From IMG/VR virus record IMGVR_UViG_3300010361_000001: a stretch of DNA of 55,539 nt, one strand, 5' to 3'. Below the pieces are notes generated by a model. It worked only from the letters and a program-made list of their open reading frames with translations, searched no databases and was not told where the DNA came from. Position 1 is the stretch's first letter. The number at the start of each line of letters is the position of its first letter. Below are positions 29,401-37,293 of this stretch, piece by piece. The translations under genes were made by a program, and so were the position numbers. Source of the DNA: an uncultured virus (IMG/VR IMGVR_UViG_3300010361_000001). Taxonomy: Duplodnaviria > Heunggongvirae > Uroviricota > Caudoviricetes.

Positions 29401-30640
29401 GCTTCATACCATTGTCAGATAGCGTCAGAGAGTCAGCCACCGAGTTACCAGTGGTGATGCCCCAGGCAAAGCGATAGTGGTACAAAACTGACGTTGAGTC
29501 GTTGTTGCCTACGTTGTTAGCGGTGGCGCCATTGTTGAAGGCAACGGTGGTAGTGCAGGTCTCGGCTGTGGTGTGTAGGTCGAACTGCGCCGCTACAACA
29601 AGCTGAGTAGAAGCGGTATCCACCCCTGCCGCTGTGACCGTGGCACCAGAGGTAGCAGTACCAAGCTGATTCGCAAATCGGTCTATGGTGCTGCTCACGC
29701 CAATGCCGCTGAACTCCAGAAGCACAGCAGAGGACGTTATAGCAGTACCGGTGAGCGTAATGGTGGGAGGTGTTTCGTTGGCCCCACAGTTCGCCTTCCA
29801 ATAGACCATCCAGCTATTGCCCGTGGGTTCGTTCGACCAACCGGCAGGCGTACTAGGCGTGCCACCAGTAGAACCTGTGAGGCAGACCAAAAAGCTCCCA
29901 GGCGAAGTCGCCTGACCGTATGTAGGTGACAAGGTGTTGGTGGTTGACGTCGCCACCGTCCCCGCCTTGACCAGATACGGAGTACCCGACGCCGGGGTAG
30001 GCAATACGCTAACAAGAAGGACATCGCAGTTGGTGACGGTGCCGGTGGTGCCGTAGGCAAAGGTGTCAGTTTGAGCGGATGAGTTACCGGTGGTGAACCC
30101 GTAGCCAAAGCTGTAGTGCCCAGTGGTATTAGTAGCGGCGTTATTGGTAGTAGTAGCTGTCGCCCCGTTATTCAGGGTGTGCGTGAAGGTATTAGTGGTA
30201 TTTGCCGTCGAGTATGCAATCGACGCAGCACATATGATGAGGCAGCCAGAGACCGCATCGGGAGCGGCAAGGGTGGGAGTCAATGGGCTTGTGGTGCCAC
30301 TTGCTGGCTGCACTTGCCCGCCACCACCACCGACGCGACAACCGGAGAACTCACCAACTTGGGCCGACTGAGTCTGACCACTTACAGCAGCGAGTGTGGG
30401 GTTGGCGTCCCCACCTGTTGCCATCTTCCAGAAGAGGTTACAGACGTTGAAGGTAGTACCCTCTACACCGGTCCACAGGGTCCAGCCTGCCGGGGTAGTG
30501 GGACCGGTACCACTCCCGCTCCCGCTCTGCCAGAGGACCAGCAGATTGCCTTGGGTGGGAGACTGGGCGAAGGCGGGCGTGACAGCCGCACCGACAGTCC
30601 CGGTGACCGCAGTGCCCATGGCGACTAGGGCGGCAGCCAC
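23417..30640 (-). CDS. Giant (2407 aa) multidomain tail fibre/adhesin with lectin-like and CBM-like repeats
   Basis: Three DxF...W lectin-like units, three xFE...HY(L/V)D CBM4/9-like units, and Thr/Ala/Val-rich stalk repeats. Confidence 0.8.
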   Translation of the reverse strand: MAAALVAMGTAVTGTVGAAVTPAFAQSPTQGNLLVLWQSGSGSGTGPTTPAGWTLWTGVEGTTFNVCNLFWKMATGGDANPTLAAVSGQTQSAQVGEFSGCRVGGGGGQVQPASGTTSPLTPTLAAPDAVSGCLIICAASIAYSTANTTNTFTHTLNNGATATTTNNAATNTTGHYSFGYGFTTGNSSAQTDTFAYGTTGTVTNCDVLLVSVLPTPASGTPYLVKAGTVATSTTNTLSPTYGQATSPGSFLVCLTGSTGGTPSTPAGWSNEPTGNSWMVYWKANCGANETPPTITLTGTAITSSAVLLEFSGIGVSSTIDRFANQLGTATSGATVTAAGVDTASTQLVVAAQFDLHTTAETCTTTVAFNNGATANNVGNNDSTSVLYHYRFAWGITTGNSVADSLTLSDNGMKLSTITGKLVSFKSISTPVDVGAVAMSGSSGMGLTGTLPINYLQDGFAQTGGVDTTKWTVSDTNVATVQGPGYPYVLQITLPASSTAYHQLYSTYANYAYNYWNLTNNAISINCLSAGNQALTSLEVYPLYLTDETYNTGGKNAVFWLISQGSISTWQWVNGVRSQIGGYTAYSAYNHAFFRVRESAGTIYFDTSPNGNNWTNYTSTPDIAHINGLGVWVQAGTYNSETSATSCQFANLNIIPTLISAITDAFATAGTPDPTKWTPGTWGASSSGSVANVGGSLVLTLNAGAANGSGPNIVTNQSGGVCLIGSSCILQLAGITAGNSTTNVIQFDFRCYAGGTSLQAGMIVATKAGSPSGLAVTVGGVGPNWDPIAMQWLRIREAGGTIYYDYSPNGNAWTNFTTAVTSTVFPGNTGTQLNFMLDLVCEGTYIASTASVDNFNLPPGITTFAPGPNLVSAADSEFETALTGDWGAVSCTLAQTTAQARAGYGSLQITSTSTSTCSIGPIKVALPAGGGGQNYNIAGYVRAATVGRACSWNISFLTSGSVYISGWGGSSAGVTDTTTGWTMVSAIGMASPPNAAYLSVSLNVFSPAGAGEVHYLDSVSFSQSAGAVAGLTATPAIGATLNGATTMTIGAKVQENATLLLSGSTAMNVAGITTEQGVVPMSGSTGMTIGSIQTIPAAVAMSASTGINVSLSYRADLVGTTSMTVVGQQITGRRYSFSPSRIYIGGAAGAIGMVGTSGMTVGAIVREIAAVSVSATAGLTLGSAVLIAAQKMAVLQDAFATAGTPDTNKWIVSTSGGTVANSGGNLTISLPAGSPVGNGGLVYAGSTGTAPNGTYYDLTESYAVVQVSNAGVQTDSSHQVLVTILLYDQDGNDFGWWIQNNQIGWVDQTGAVNGRVAYVATTYQWLRIREHAGTTYFDYSANGNIWSNFVSVPDTTWIYPPQYLQPVIQFDSQTSSGLPAQTATFDNFNLPPPVTAYGPVTGNLLTGDASDFEASVGGWTALTGTTIATSTAQANTGTHSLALTSTSGGNITAVSAHTGASAAPAVPFQNYTVTAYVRAAATGRQVSIGINFYDSAGNQLFSGGSVYINDTTTGWTQGSQTWTSPANTAYVACFVMVLATATSEVHYVDTVVAQQAPGAVASLTVAGAPIEVASVAQSATSGMTVAASVKQLANVTLAGGASLNLSTTGQQFGTVALSGTAGMTVASTGAVTQVASVSMAATSTATVAGFITWLASVALGPANSTLSVTTSLVTEVASVGLSGTAGLTVTGGRTQFATVPLVGTGGLVAGAMVQQYAAVSMAGTGNLVASLAGFTAGTVTMASLTNLTVGTFIVIEVASVAMSASASASMAGQVQQNASITQTGVAALTVTGTRIVPSAVTMTPVTTLTATGVETYVFTISLSGTGTLTAAGMTQENATVAMSGSAGLIASLAGFWFGTVNMTPGTTLTVGSAVTEIASVAMNGQTTLNVFGAQVQFSPVAMAATAGLTVATSVQENAIVGTNVLSAADSEFETGVGFTWGGQNNTVARTNAVTAHNGSYCLAITATTTAGGSASCGWSYYGATPGQTYTASMWVMGGANLRNVQSEILFFAANGSTVVGSAFGSVVAESSSTWQFSTVSMVAPAGAVYVAVYWRNNSAASAIGEVHYVDSAQVLSPYGATASMTVGGLTVEQASVSLSATTTLTTAGTTQENASVALVPVSSLTVAATVARVAVVAMSGTGSLTVAPLVTELASVSMAATAHLSVTPIVYGFVTMASTASLALTVAVQEVASFAGVAITSLSVAAGVAELASVNLVGTGTLTATALRIAVSTVSMLPVSTLSLTNVHVQQNAVVSFNVTASLTMTYQALGVVSMAATAGLTMVARSWSIIQGQVSMSGTASLQVIPQVTATIHFVAVTSLNITARMIIGVAPGFSATTDMEVDVGVYHYAQVMMSVSAKLTVDADVRRKAPSLFDQIQALEGQDPIMVGATGYMDDIFTTRLVSDSE

Positions 30641-31152
30641 TACACCCGCCAGACGTTGGGACCAACGCGCTCCAGATCAAGCTGACTGGTGACGGGGGTC
30701 TCAGGGAGAATCAGCAGCGTGCCCTGGGCGCAATGCCCTATGAGGTGACGCTCGACGGCCTCCTCCTGCTCGTCGCTCTTGGCCGGTCGGTACATGTAGA
30801 CCACGTCGGCGTCGAAGGACTCCACGTCACGCAAGTCTGCCACCACGATGGCATCGGCGCGCTCAGGGAGAAGCTCACGGGCGCGAAAGACGTACTCCTG
30901 GTTCCAGTCCAGGCCCGACACCTCCCAGCCCAAGGAGTACATGAGGGCCAGCTTGGTGCCGATCCCACAGCCCACGTCCAGGAACCGACCCTGTGGGACG
31001 AACTGGCCTACCATCTCCACGCTTGCCATGAAGTCAGCCATGGGCCAGGCGTTGTAGTCGTAGAAGTCAGGATCAAGATCCAGGCGCGTGTTCACCAGCC
31101 AGCGCGTCTCCAGGCGACTGAAGGTCTCGTAGATGGCGACATCCCAGTTCAT
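30640..31152 (-). CDS. Class I SAM-dependent methyltransferase
   Basis: FLDVGCGIG motif I, VSGLD, DVVYMY. Confidence 0.85.
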   Translation of the reverse strand: MNWDVAIYETFSRLETRWLVNTRLDLDPDFYDYNAWPMADFMASVEMVGQFVPQGRFLDVGCGIGTKLALMYSLGWEVSGLDWNQEYVFRARELLPERADAIVVADLRDVESFDADVVYMYRPAKSDEQEEAVERHLIGHCAQGTLLILPETPVTSQLDLERVGPNVWRV

Positions 31153-31155
31153 GGC

Positions 31156-31719
31156 TCACCCTGTCCCCATGTAGACACATTCAAAGTGACAATAGAGATT
31201 GCTGGGGGCACCGGCAAAGGCAGCGGAAGCCTGGTGCTGAGTGGTGATCTGATCATTAGCGGCGCAATACAGCAGAGCAGTACTACGAGTAAATACAGCA
31301 GCCGACGCCAAGCTGGTGCTAAAGGAGGCATCATCAGTCTGATTGACATTGTTCAGACGTATCCACCCCTGGTACCAGTGATTGGCGGCAGTAATAGAGC
31401 AAGAAATGTCAAAGCTGACCCTGTAAAAACCGGTTATAGGGATCAAGAACCAGTACGAGGAGGCCCCAACCCACATCCCATAGGTATCCCGCCACACGGT
31501 GTCCCAACCAAAGATACCGGCAGTAGTAGAAGTGGTGAAGGCGGCAGACCGATAGACGCGAGCCTGCAAGACGTCCCTGGGCCGTCGCCACGCCCCACCA
31601 TTGACCCCGTTCTTCGCCACCCACAGTTCGTTGAAGTTGTCAGTGAAGGTCTGGACCGTGGTGCCTGAGGTGACAGGGGGTGGCATGTCCTGTTGGGGGG
31701 CGTAGGTCTGGATGCTCAT
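31156..31719 (-). CDS. Tail fibre tip paralog 3 (C1q-like head)
   Basis: PPPVTSGTTVQTF..WVAKNGV.GG.W; ends YMGTG. Confidence 0.75.
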   Translation of the reverse strand: MSIQTYAPQQDMPPPVTSGTTVQTFTDNFNELWVAKNGVNGGAWRRPRDVLQARVYRSAAFTTSTTAGIFGWDTVWRDTYGMWVGASSYWFLIPITGFYRVSFDISCSITAANHWYQGWIRLNNVNQTDDASFSTSLASAAVFTRSTALLYCAANDQITTQHQASAAFAGAPSNLYCHFECVYMGTG

Positions 31720-32297
31720 CCCGTCCCCCAGTAGCTGATCTCCAGGCGAGTGTTGATAAAGCCGGTCTGCACAGCGTTAGCGGAGTTCATGTAGCCGGTC
31801 AGCCGAGCGGTCTCTCCACCGGCAGCGGGATACCAACCCAGGGTGCGACAGCCGATCCCGCCCCCCGTCAGAGGGCTGGTCTGATTGTCGCAGCACTGAT
31901 TGTTGAAGGTGGTGAGCGCGCCCACACTGTTGACCTGGATGTACATCTGCACATACTGACTGGCAGCAGTGCTGGTCCCGTTCAACTGGCCCATCAGGCG
32001 ATACCACCCAGGCACCGGCAGCAGAAAGCCGTAGTTAGGGCTGCCGGTGAACAGACCCCAGGTGTCCCATTGCCTGGTGTCCAGGGCTATGACAGCGTTA
32101 GCCGTGGCGAAGGTGAGAGCAGCGTTGCGGAAGTAAACGGCGTGGATCTGGTCGCGTGCCTTCCGCCAGGCCCCACCGAAGACGCCGTTCTTGGCTACCC
32201 ACCACTCGCCCCATACATCCTGGAAGGTCTGGATGGTGGTGCCGGTGGTAACTGGGGGCGGCAGGTCGTTGAGGGTGACATAGCTCTGGATGCTCAT
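31716..32297 (-). CDS. Tail fibre tip paralog 2
   Basis: Same N-terminal motif; ends YWGTG. Confidence 0.75.
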   Translation of the reverse strand: MSIQSYVTLNDLPPPVTTGTTIQTFQDVWGEWWVAKNGVFGGAWRKARDQIHAVYFRNAALTFATANAVIALDTRQWDTWGLFTGSPNYGFLLPVPGWYRLMGQLNGTSTAASQYVQMYIQVNSVGALTTFNNQCCDNQTSPLTGGGIGCRTLGWYPAAGGETARLTGYMNSANAVQTGFINTRLEISYWGTG

Positions 32298-32854
32298 CCT
32301 GACCCCAGGTACATGACTTCCAGATGAGTGATGATGCCGACAGTCACGGCGTTAGCCACGCTCTGGTAAGCCTGAAGGTTGATGATGGTGCCTGCGGGCA
32401 TGTAGAGAAGGCACTGGGTGCGCCAGAACAACCCGGTGGCGGCGCTCTGGATCACGTTGTCACTGGATGCACCAACGCCGTTGTAGCAAATCGAACCCTG
32501 GATGTACTGGCTGCCCGCACTGGTGCTACCACAGATGGTGCCCTGGCACAGCCACCAGCCCTGACAACCCAGCGTGAACCCGTTGCTGGCGGGCGTCCAC
32601 ATGCCGTATTGATCGTTGCGTTGCACGTCGTAGGGGAAGACGACCTGGCTGGTGGTCATGGTGTAAGCGGCATTTCGGTAGGCGATGGCATGCATGACAT
32701 CGCGTGCCCGCTTCCAGACGCCGCCGTACACCCCAACCTTGGCGACCCACTGCTCACCGTTGACGTCGATGAAGGTCTGGATGCCAGAGCCACTCGTGAC
32801 CGGGGGTGGCAGGTTATTGACCGGGACACTGGTGGGGGTCTGGATGACGCTCAT
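32294..32854 (-). CDS. Tail fibre tip paralog 1
   Basis: TGATG start at 32854; same motif; ends YLGSG. Confidence 0.75.
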   Translation of the reverse strand: MSVIQTPTSVPVNNLPPPVTSGSGIQTFIDVNGEQWVAKVGVYGGVWKRARDVMHAIAYRNAAYTMTTSQVVFPYDVQRNDQYGMWTPASNGFTLGCQGWWLCQGTICGSTSAGSQYIQGSICYNGVGASSDNVIQSAATGLFWRTQCLLYMPAGTIINLQAYQSVANAVTVGIITHLEVMYLGSG

Positions 32855-34182
32855 CAGCCCGTACCTTGATAAGCGACATGACACCACTGACCCAAACCGC
32901 TGGCGATGGTGTTCATGGCTACTTGGGTCTGAACCCAGCAGGCGAGCGTGTCGCCAGCGGCACAGTAGATCCGATCAGTCACCGTCACGTAGGTGACGTA
33001 GGTGGTCTGACCGGAGTATGAGTTGACCGCAACAGTCGTAGCGTTGTTCTGCCGAATCTGAGCCTGCACGTACTGTCCGGTGGTAGCTGTAGCCAACGCA
33101 CCCGTGTAATAGGTGAGGAGATACCAGCCAGCTATAGGACAGGTGAACGTAGAAGAGGCCCCGGTAGTCCACAAGCCGTAGATGTCTCTCGTTATGGTAT
33201 CGAAGCCATTATTGATAGCAGTTGCCGCCGCACACGCCAGCGCAGCAGCCCGAGTTACCTTGGTTTGAAGCACATCCCTGGCGTCGTACCAGTTGCCTCC
33301 GCTGACGCCGTTCTTGGCAACGTAGACCTGACCGGTGGGAGCGGTATAGCTCTGCACCGTGGTGCCTGAGGTAACCGGGTTCGGAAGGTTAGGTGTGCGG
33401 GCATCCACGTATGCCTTCGGCGCGAGATCCGACGCCAGCACCGGGGTGGCAGCCGGGGCGGCACCATAGATCACCACATTCATGGCGTTGGGAGTGGCTG
33501 CCGTCACCGACACCGAGATCTGGTTGTTGTTGAGGATGTCCACCTGAGCCATGATCAGCATGGTGGTGACGGCATCCCACAGTTGCACCAAGAGGTTCTG
33601 CGTGTTCAGGTTGTGGGTGACGGTGTAGCTCTGGCCTGCGCTCAAGACGGGCACCGTCTGCACCACCACCGGACCACGCGTAAAGGGCCGGGAGTCCGTT
33701 ATGTTGGCCGTGACGATGCTGGTGACCTGAGGGCCAACCAGCACCTGAGCCAGGGTCATGGAGTCAGCAGGGGCCGTAGGAGCTACCTGGGAGCCAGTAG
33801 CGGCAGCCGTGCCAGTGACCGTGGTGAAGATGAAGTCGCTGAAGCCACCCGAGTCCACGAAGGCGTCACGCACCTGGGCGATGACGAGGTCGATGCGTGA
33901 CTGGCCCGCACCAGGAGCCGTGGGGATGGTGACGTTGTCGACAGCGTCCGAGAAGATCTCGTAGTTGCCCTGGTTGGCGATGAAGTTGCCCTGGACCATG
34001 CCCCGCCCAGGTGCGATGTCGAGGACCATGGACGCGCCAGCAGCGTGCTGGGAGACGGCGAACGCACCCGTGCCAGACAGCAGACAGGAGTTGCTGGTGC
34101 CCATTGCATCCATGAGCAACAGGCGATCTAGCTGTGCCGGGTACGTCCCGTTCTGCATCCAGTTCGGGGTGTACCTCGCCAT
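32854..34182 (-). CDS. Minor tail/fibre protein with virion-anchor N-terminus and the same tip module
   Basis: RIDLVIAQVRD...LAQV.V...ITD.R is an actinophage minor-tail motif. C-terminal tip ends YQGTG. Confidence 0.8.
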   Translation of the reverse strand: MARYTPNWMQNGTYPAQLDRLLLMDAMGTSNSCLLSGTGAFAVSQHAAGASMVLDIAPGRGMVQGNFIANQGNYEIFSDAVDNVTIPTAPGAGQSRIDLVIAQVRDAFVDSGGFSDFIFTTVTGTAAATGSQVAPTAPADSMTLAQVLVGPQVTSIVTANITDSRPFTRGPVVVQTVPVLSAGQSYTVTHNLNTQNLLVQLWDAVTTMLIMAQVDILNNNQISVSVTAATPNAMNVVIYGAAPAATPVLASDLAPKAYVDARTPNLPNPVTSGTTVQSYTAPTGQVYVAKNGVSGGNWYDARDVLQTKVTRAAALACAAATAINNGFDTITRDIYGLWTTGASSTFTCPIAGWYLLTYYTGALATATTGQYVQAQIRQNNATTVAVNSYSGQTTYVTYVTVTDRIYCAAGDTLACWVQTQVAMNTIASGLGQWCHVAYQGTG

Positions 34183-34192
34183 GGTGGAGGTA

Positions 34193-34576
34193 CTAGCTCA
34201 GAGTCTTGGTATATGACCCTGAAGCGATAGAGAAGGTGTCGCCAGCGTTGACGGTCTTGGAGGCCGACAGGTTGCCGAACCAGCGTCGAATGGGGGTACC
34301 TGCCGAGTCCCACTCATCGACGCCCGTCACGGTGCAGGCAGGCATGTTCGTGTACGTCAGGGCCACGTTGGACGAGATCGAGCCACCAGACGCAGCAGCG
34401 AAGGTGATGGTCTGGCGGGCGTAGGAGCCACCAGTCACCTCCGTACCCGCCGTGGTGGCCGTACCGGTGGCTGTCACCAACGCCACCTTGATGGGCGTGG
34501 TGGGGTTGGTGTAGGTGGCCTGGCCTGAGGAGGCATTCAGGATGCCGTTGGCTTCGACGGTGACAAGGTTCGCCAT
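34193..34576 (-). CDS. Small phage tail-fibre-associated structural protein
   Basis: GTEVTGGSYARQ...SKTVNAGDTF motif. Confidence 0.75.
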   Translation of the reverse strand: MANLVTVEANGILNASSGQATYTNPTTPIKVALVTATGTATTAGTEVTGGSYARQTITFAAASGGSISSNVALTYTNMPACTVTGVDEWDSAGTPIRRWFGNLSASKTVNAGDTFSIASGSYTKTLS

Positions 34577-34920
34577 TAGGCCGGAGCCTCCTCAGACGTA
34601 GACGGGATCTGGAAGTCCGGTGACTCGGCACCGAACTGCTCAAAAAGCACCTGGAGATGCTCGTGTGGGCGGTTGGTCAGCCACTCCCTCAGGTGGCCGA
34701 GATCAGCCCCGTCCTGGGTGGCCCGACTCACGTCGGTGGTGCAGATGGGGCAGCCGTCCTCAGCACAGCATGTGACATGCTTGGTGACCGAGAGGTCTAC
34801 CCCCATTCCACTGACGGGGTGGTTGAACGCGACGTACTGGACATGGTGCGGCTCAGTGTCGGTGGCTCCGCACTTCGCACAAGTCCGCTCCTCAAGCTGT
34901 GCCGGTGCTGTGTCTGTCAT
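34576..34920 (-). CDS. Cys/His-rich hypothetical protein
   Basis: CAKC..PHH..HVTCC...CPIC. Confidence 0.7.
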   Translation of the reverse strand: MTDTAPAQLEERTCAKCGATDTEPHHVQYVAFNHPVSGMGVDLSVTKHVTCCAEDGCPICTTDVSRATQDGADLGHLREWLTNRPHEHLQVLFEQFGAESPDFQIPSTSEEAPA

Positions 34921-35453
34921 CAGTGGTAAACCACCCCTCTGCTCTCCAACCAGTTGTATAGGTCTCTCGGTACTCGATAACGACGGCCCCGTAGGAAGGT
35001 CAGGGTGTTACCGGCGCCGTAGGTCATCTCTTCGATGTCGCTGTTGACCCTGATGACGCGCCACTCGTCTTCGACTACGACCGGCTCCGGCCCCAGGTCT
35101 TCGACCTCCAGCTTGTTGGCAGGCTGGGGCCTGGGCCGCTGCTGGGTCTCGGTCACCTGGAGATCCTTCATGGGGTCGTAACCAGGCAGGGGGACAGAGG
35201 GATCCAGGATGGGATCGGTCTCCACCGTGACCGGCTGGTTGAGAGCCTCCAGTCGCTCCTGGGCCTCAGGGGACATCTCCACAACCTCACCGGAGGCGGG
35301 ATCCCACACACCCTCCTCCTCGTAGACGATGTCCACCTGATTGACCAGGCCGACTTCCTTCTGGCGCTCAGCCAGTTGGGCGGCGTTCTCCTCAGCCAGG
35401 CGTTGCCGCTCTGAGCCAGTGAAGTCACCCCGCTGTGCAGCACCTCGTGGCAT
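34920..35453 (-). CDS. Hypothetical capsid-associated protein
   Basis: Directly after the MCP; C-terminal F.RG.RYRVP..L..WLE. Confidence 0.7.
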   Translation of the reverse strand: MPRGAAQRGDFTGSERQRLAEENAAQLAERQKEVGLVNQVDIVYEEEGVWDPASGEVVEMSPEAQERLEALNQPVTVETDPILDPSVPLPGYDPMKDLQVTETQQRPRPQPANKLEVEDLGPEPVVVEDEWRVIRVNSDIEEMTYGAGNTLTFLRGRRYRVPRDLYNWLESRGVVYH

Positions 35454-35456
35454 CTC

Positions 35457-36467
35457 TTAGTTTGTCCACGCTTGTACTACACTTTGATCGGTTATCAAAC
35501 CGAATCCCCAAATCGCATACCAGCAGAGCGCGTGTTCACGTCCGAAGTCGAGGACGCCACCGTCACGAAGCTCGACGGGGAGAGCTATGGCGTGGCCGAA
35601 GGCATTGTCGCCCAGGTACAGCGCCCCATGGGTGACGCCAGCGTTGCCCTGGCCGGTGCCGCCAGCGGGGCCTGCACCAGGAGCGTACTGCCGAATCTGA
35701 GTGGTTTCGATGTATACCACGTCATTTAGACGACCTATCTCGCCTATCATGAAGTTTCCCGCAGCAGCGTACTTGGTCATTTCGATGAACTCTGGGTTAT
35801 CTCGTAGCCTTCTGGACTGGTGAGGGTCGATGAAGGATACGTAGGTCTCACCGATGCGGGGGACGTTCTTCGTCGCCAGGGTCTCGACGGCGTCCTTGCT
35901 GACGTTGACGCTCATGTACTGGGTGCCAGCCAGGGCCGCATAGTTCGCTGCCACGGTGCCCTGGTCGTACGGGCTGATCGGCGTGATGGCGCCAGTCGGC
36001 AGGGCGTAGCCGAAGATGGTGGAGGACGACTGGTACAGGGTGTCGCGTGCGGACCCGTCCAGGTACTTCGCCATGTTGCGGCCCAGGAGCCGGGAGGACG
36101 ACGCCATGACGTCATCGAACGAGGCGTTCAGCAGTAGCTCGCTGACGGCCACTGCGTAGCCCTGCTCTGCCACGGTGATGGCGTACTGGGAGGCAGTCAG
36201 CGCAGCGGTCTGCATGCGGACACCTTCCACCAACTGTGTGGCATCGCCCAGGTTGTTGTAACGCATGAAGTTGATCTGGAGACCTGGCTGCACGCCAAGC
36301 TCTGTCTTCTTCACGGCGAACTGTTCAAACCGTAAAACCGGCATGCTCTGGAAGAGGATTTCCTTCGACCAGATGACCTGGATGGCGGGCGAAAGCTGCG
36401 AGTTAGTACCCGGATAACCAGTCGGGCTGGCACTCAGCAGCGGGGTTCCAGTGATGCTAGAAGGCAC
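35457..36467 (-). CDS. Major capsid protein (N4-gp56 family, HK97 fold)
   Basis: LRFEQFA...INFMRY..L..LVEG...GEIGRL..V.YIET...DFGR. Confidence 0.92.
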   Translation of the reverse strand: MPSSITGTPLLSASPTGYPGTNSQLSPAIQVIWSKEILFQSMPVLRFEQFAVKKTELGVQPGLQINFMRYNNLGDATQLVEGVRMQTAALTASQYAITVAEQGYAVAVSELLLNASFDDVMASSSRLLGRNMAKYLDGSARDTLYQSSSTIFGYALPTGAITPISPYDQGTVAANYAALAGTQYMSVNVSKDAVETLATKNVPRIGETYVSFIDPHQSRRLRDNPEFIEMTKYAAAGNFMIGEIGRLNDVVYIETTQIRQYAPGAGPAGGTGQGNAGVTHGALYLGDNAFGHAIALPVELRDGGVLDFGREHALCWYAIWGFGLITDQSVVQAWTN

Positions 36468-36498
36468 AGTGCCTACCTCCGTTTTAGGGTACTACCTC

Positions 36499-37293
36499 TT
36501 ATTGCCTGCGACTCTGAGAGGCCGCTCGCAGCAAGTTGTCTCGTTCAGCAGCGTACTCTTCGGGGGTCATCGCCTTGAGTTCATCCGCCGTATACGTACG
36601 TGACGTCTGCGACGTTTCCATAGGGCCAACTGGGGGCGCTGTGACACCCACCATGGGACGGCCCGCATTGATGTTCCGAAAAGCATTGACGGCATTTTGT
36701 TGGATCAGAGCGGATTTTTGAATAAGAAGCTCGATGCTGGCATCAATCTCTTGCTCAGTATTTCCGCTGACTAGATCCCGAAGTTCGGGAGATATTTCCT
36801 CACTGTGTTCAGCCATACGCTGAGCTAGGTACGTCTGGAGACCGGCGTGATGACGCTCTTGCTCAAGCAGAGCAAAGGCTCTTTCCCTCTCCTGGCGCTC
36901 CTCAGCGAGACGAGCCTCCCACTCCTCATCCTTCTTCTGGATGAGGTCGCGTAGCTCCATCTCCTCCTCTTCTTTTTTCTTCGTAGCCCGTGCAGCCTCA
37001 CGTTGGGCCTTGGTCTCGGCAGCAATCCGATCCTCGTCAGCCTTGCGGTACTGGGCGAGTTGGTTCTCCAGGTCATCCGCACGCTGCTGCTCTGTGGAGT
37101 AGCGGGCACGCTCTTCCTGGCGGATGCGCTCGACATCCTCCTGGGTGAACGCCTGGGGCGGCTCACCCGTACGCTGGGTACGAGGTGGCTGAGCCGGTGG
37201 CTCAGGCGGGGTGACTGGCACCGTGATGGTGGTGCCATCGTCAGGCGGCTGCGGTGGGTCGCCTTGGGTGGGGTCTGGTTCGGTGGCGGTCAT
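36499..37293 (-). CDS. Capsid scaffolding protein
   Basis: FTQEDVERIRQEE, coiled coil and terminal M..EEYAA.R..L; lies upstream of the MCP. Confidence 0.85.
   Translation of the reverse strand: MTATEPDPTQGDPPQPPDDGTTITVPVTPPEPPAQPPRTQRTGEPPQAFTQEDVERIRQEERARYSTEQQRADDLENQLAQYRKADEDRIAAETKAQREAARATKKKEEEEMELRDLIQKKDEEWEARLAEERQERERAFALLEQERHHAGLQTYLAQRMAEHSEEISPELRDLVSGNTEQEIDASIELLIQKSALIQQNAVNAFRNINAGRPMVGVTAPPVGPMETSQTSRTYTADELKAMTPEEYAAERDNLLRAASQSRRQ

Noticed and set aside
23492..31668. Many long plus-strand ORFs opposite the fibre genes, and similar shadow ORFs elsewhere
   Set aside because: Antisense shadows expected in high-GC coding DNA; no RBS, coupling or protein motifs.
31156..34182. 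DGR or invertase shufflon acting on the fibre tips
   Set aside because: No reverse transcriptase or recombinase in the window; all copies are co-oriented and diverge at all bases, not only adenines.
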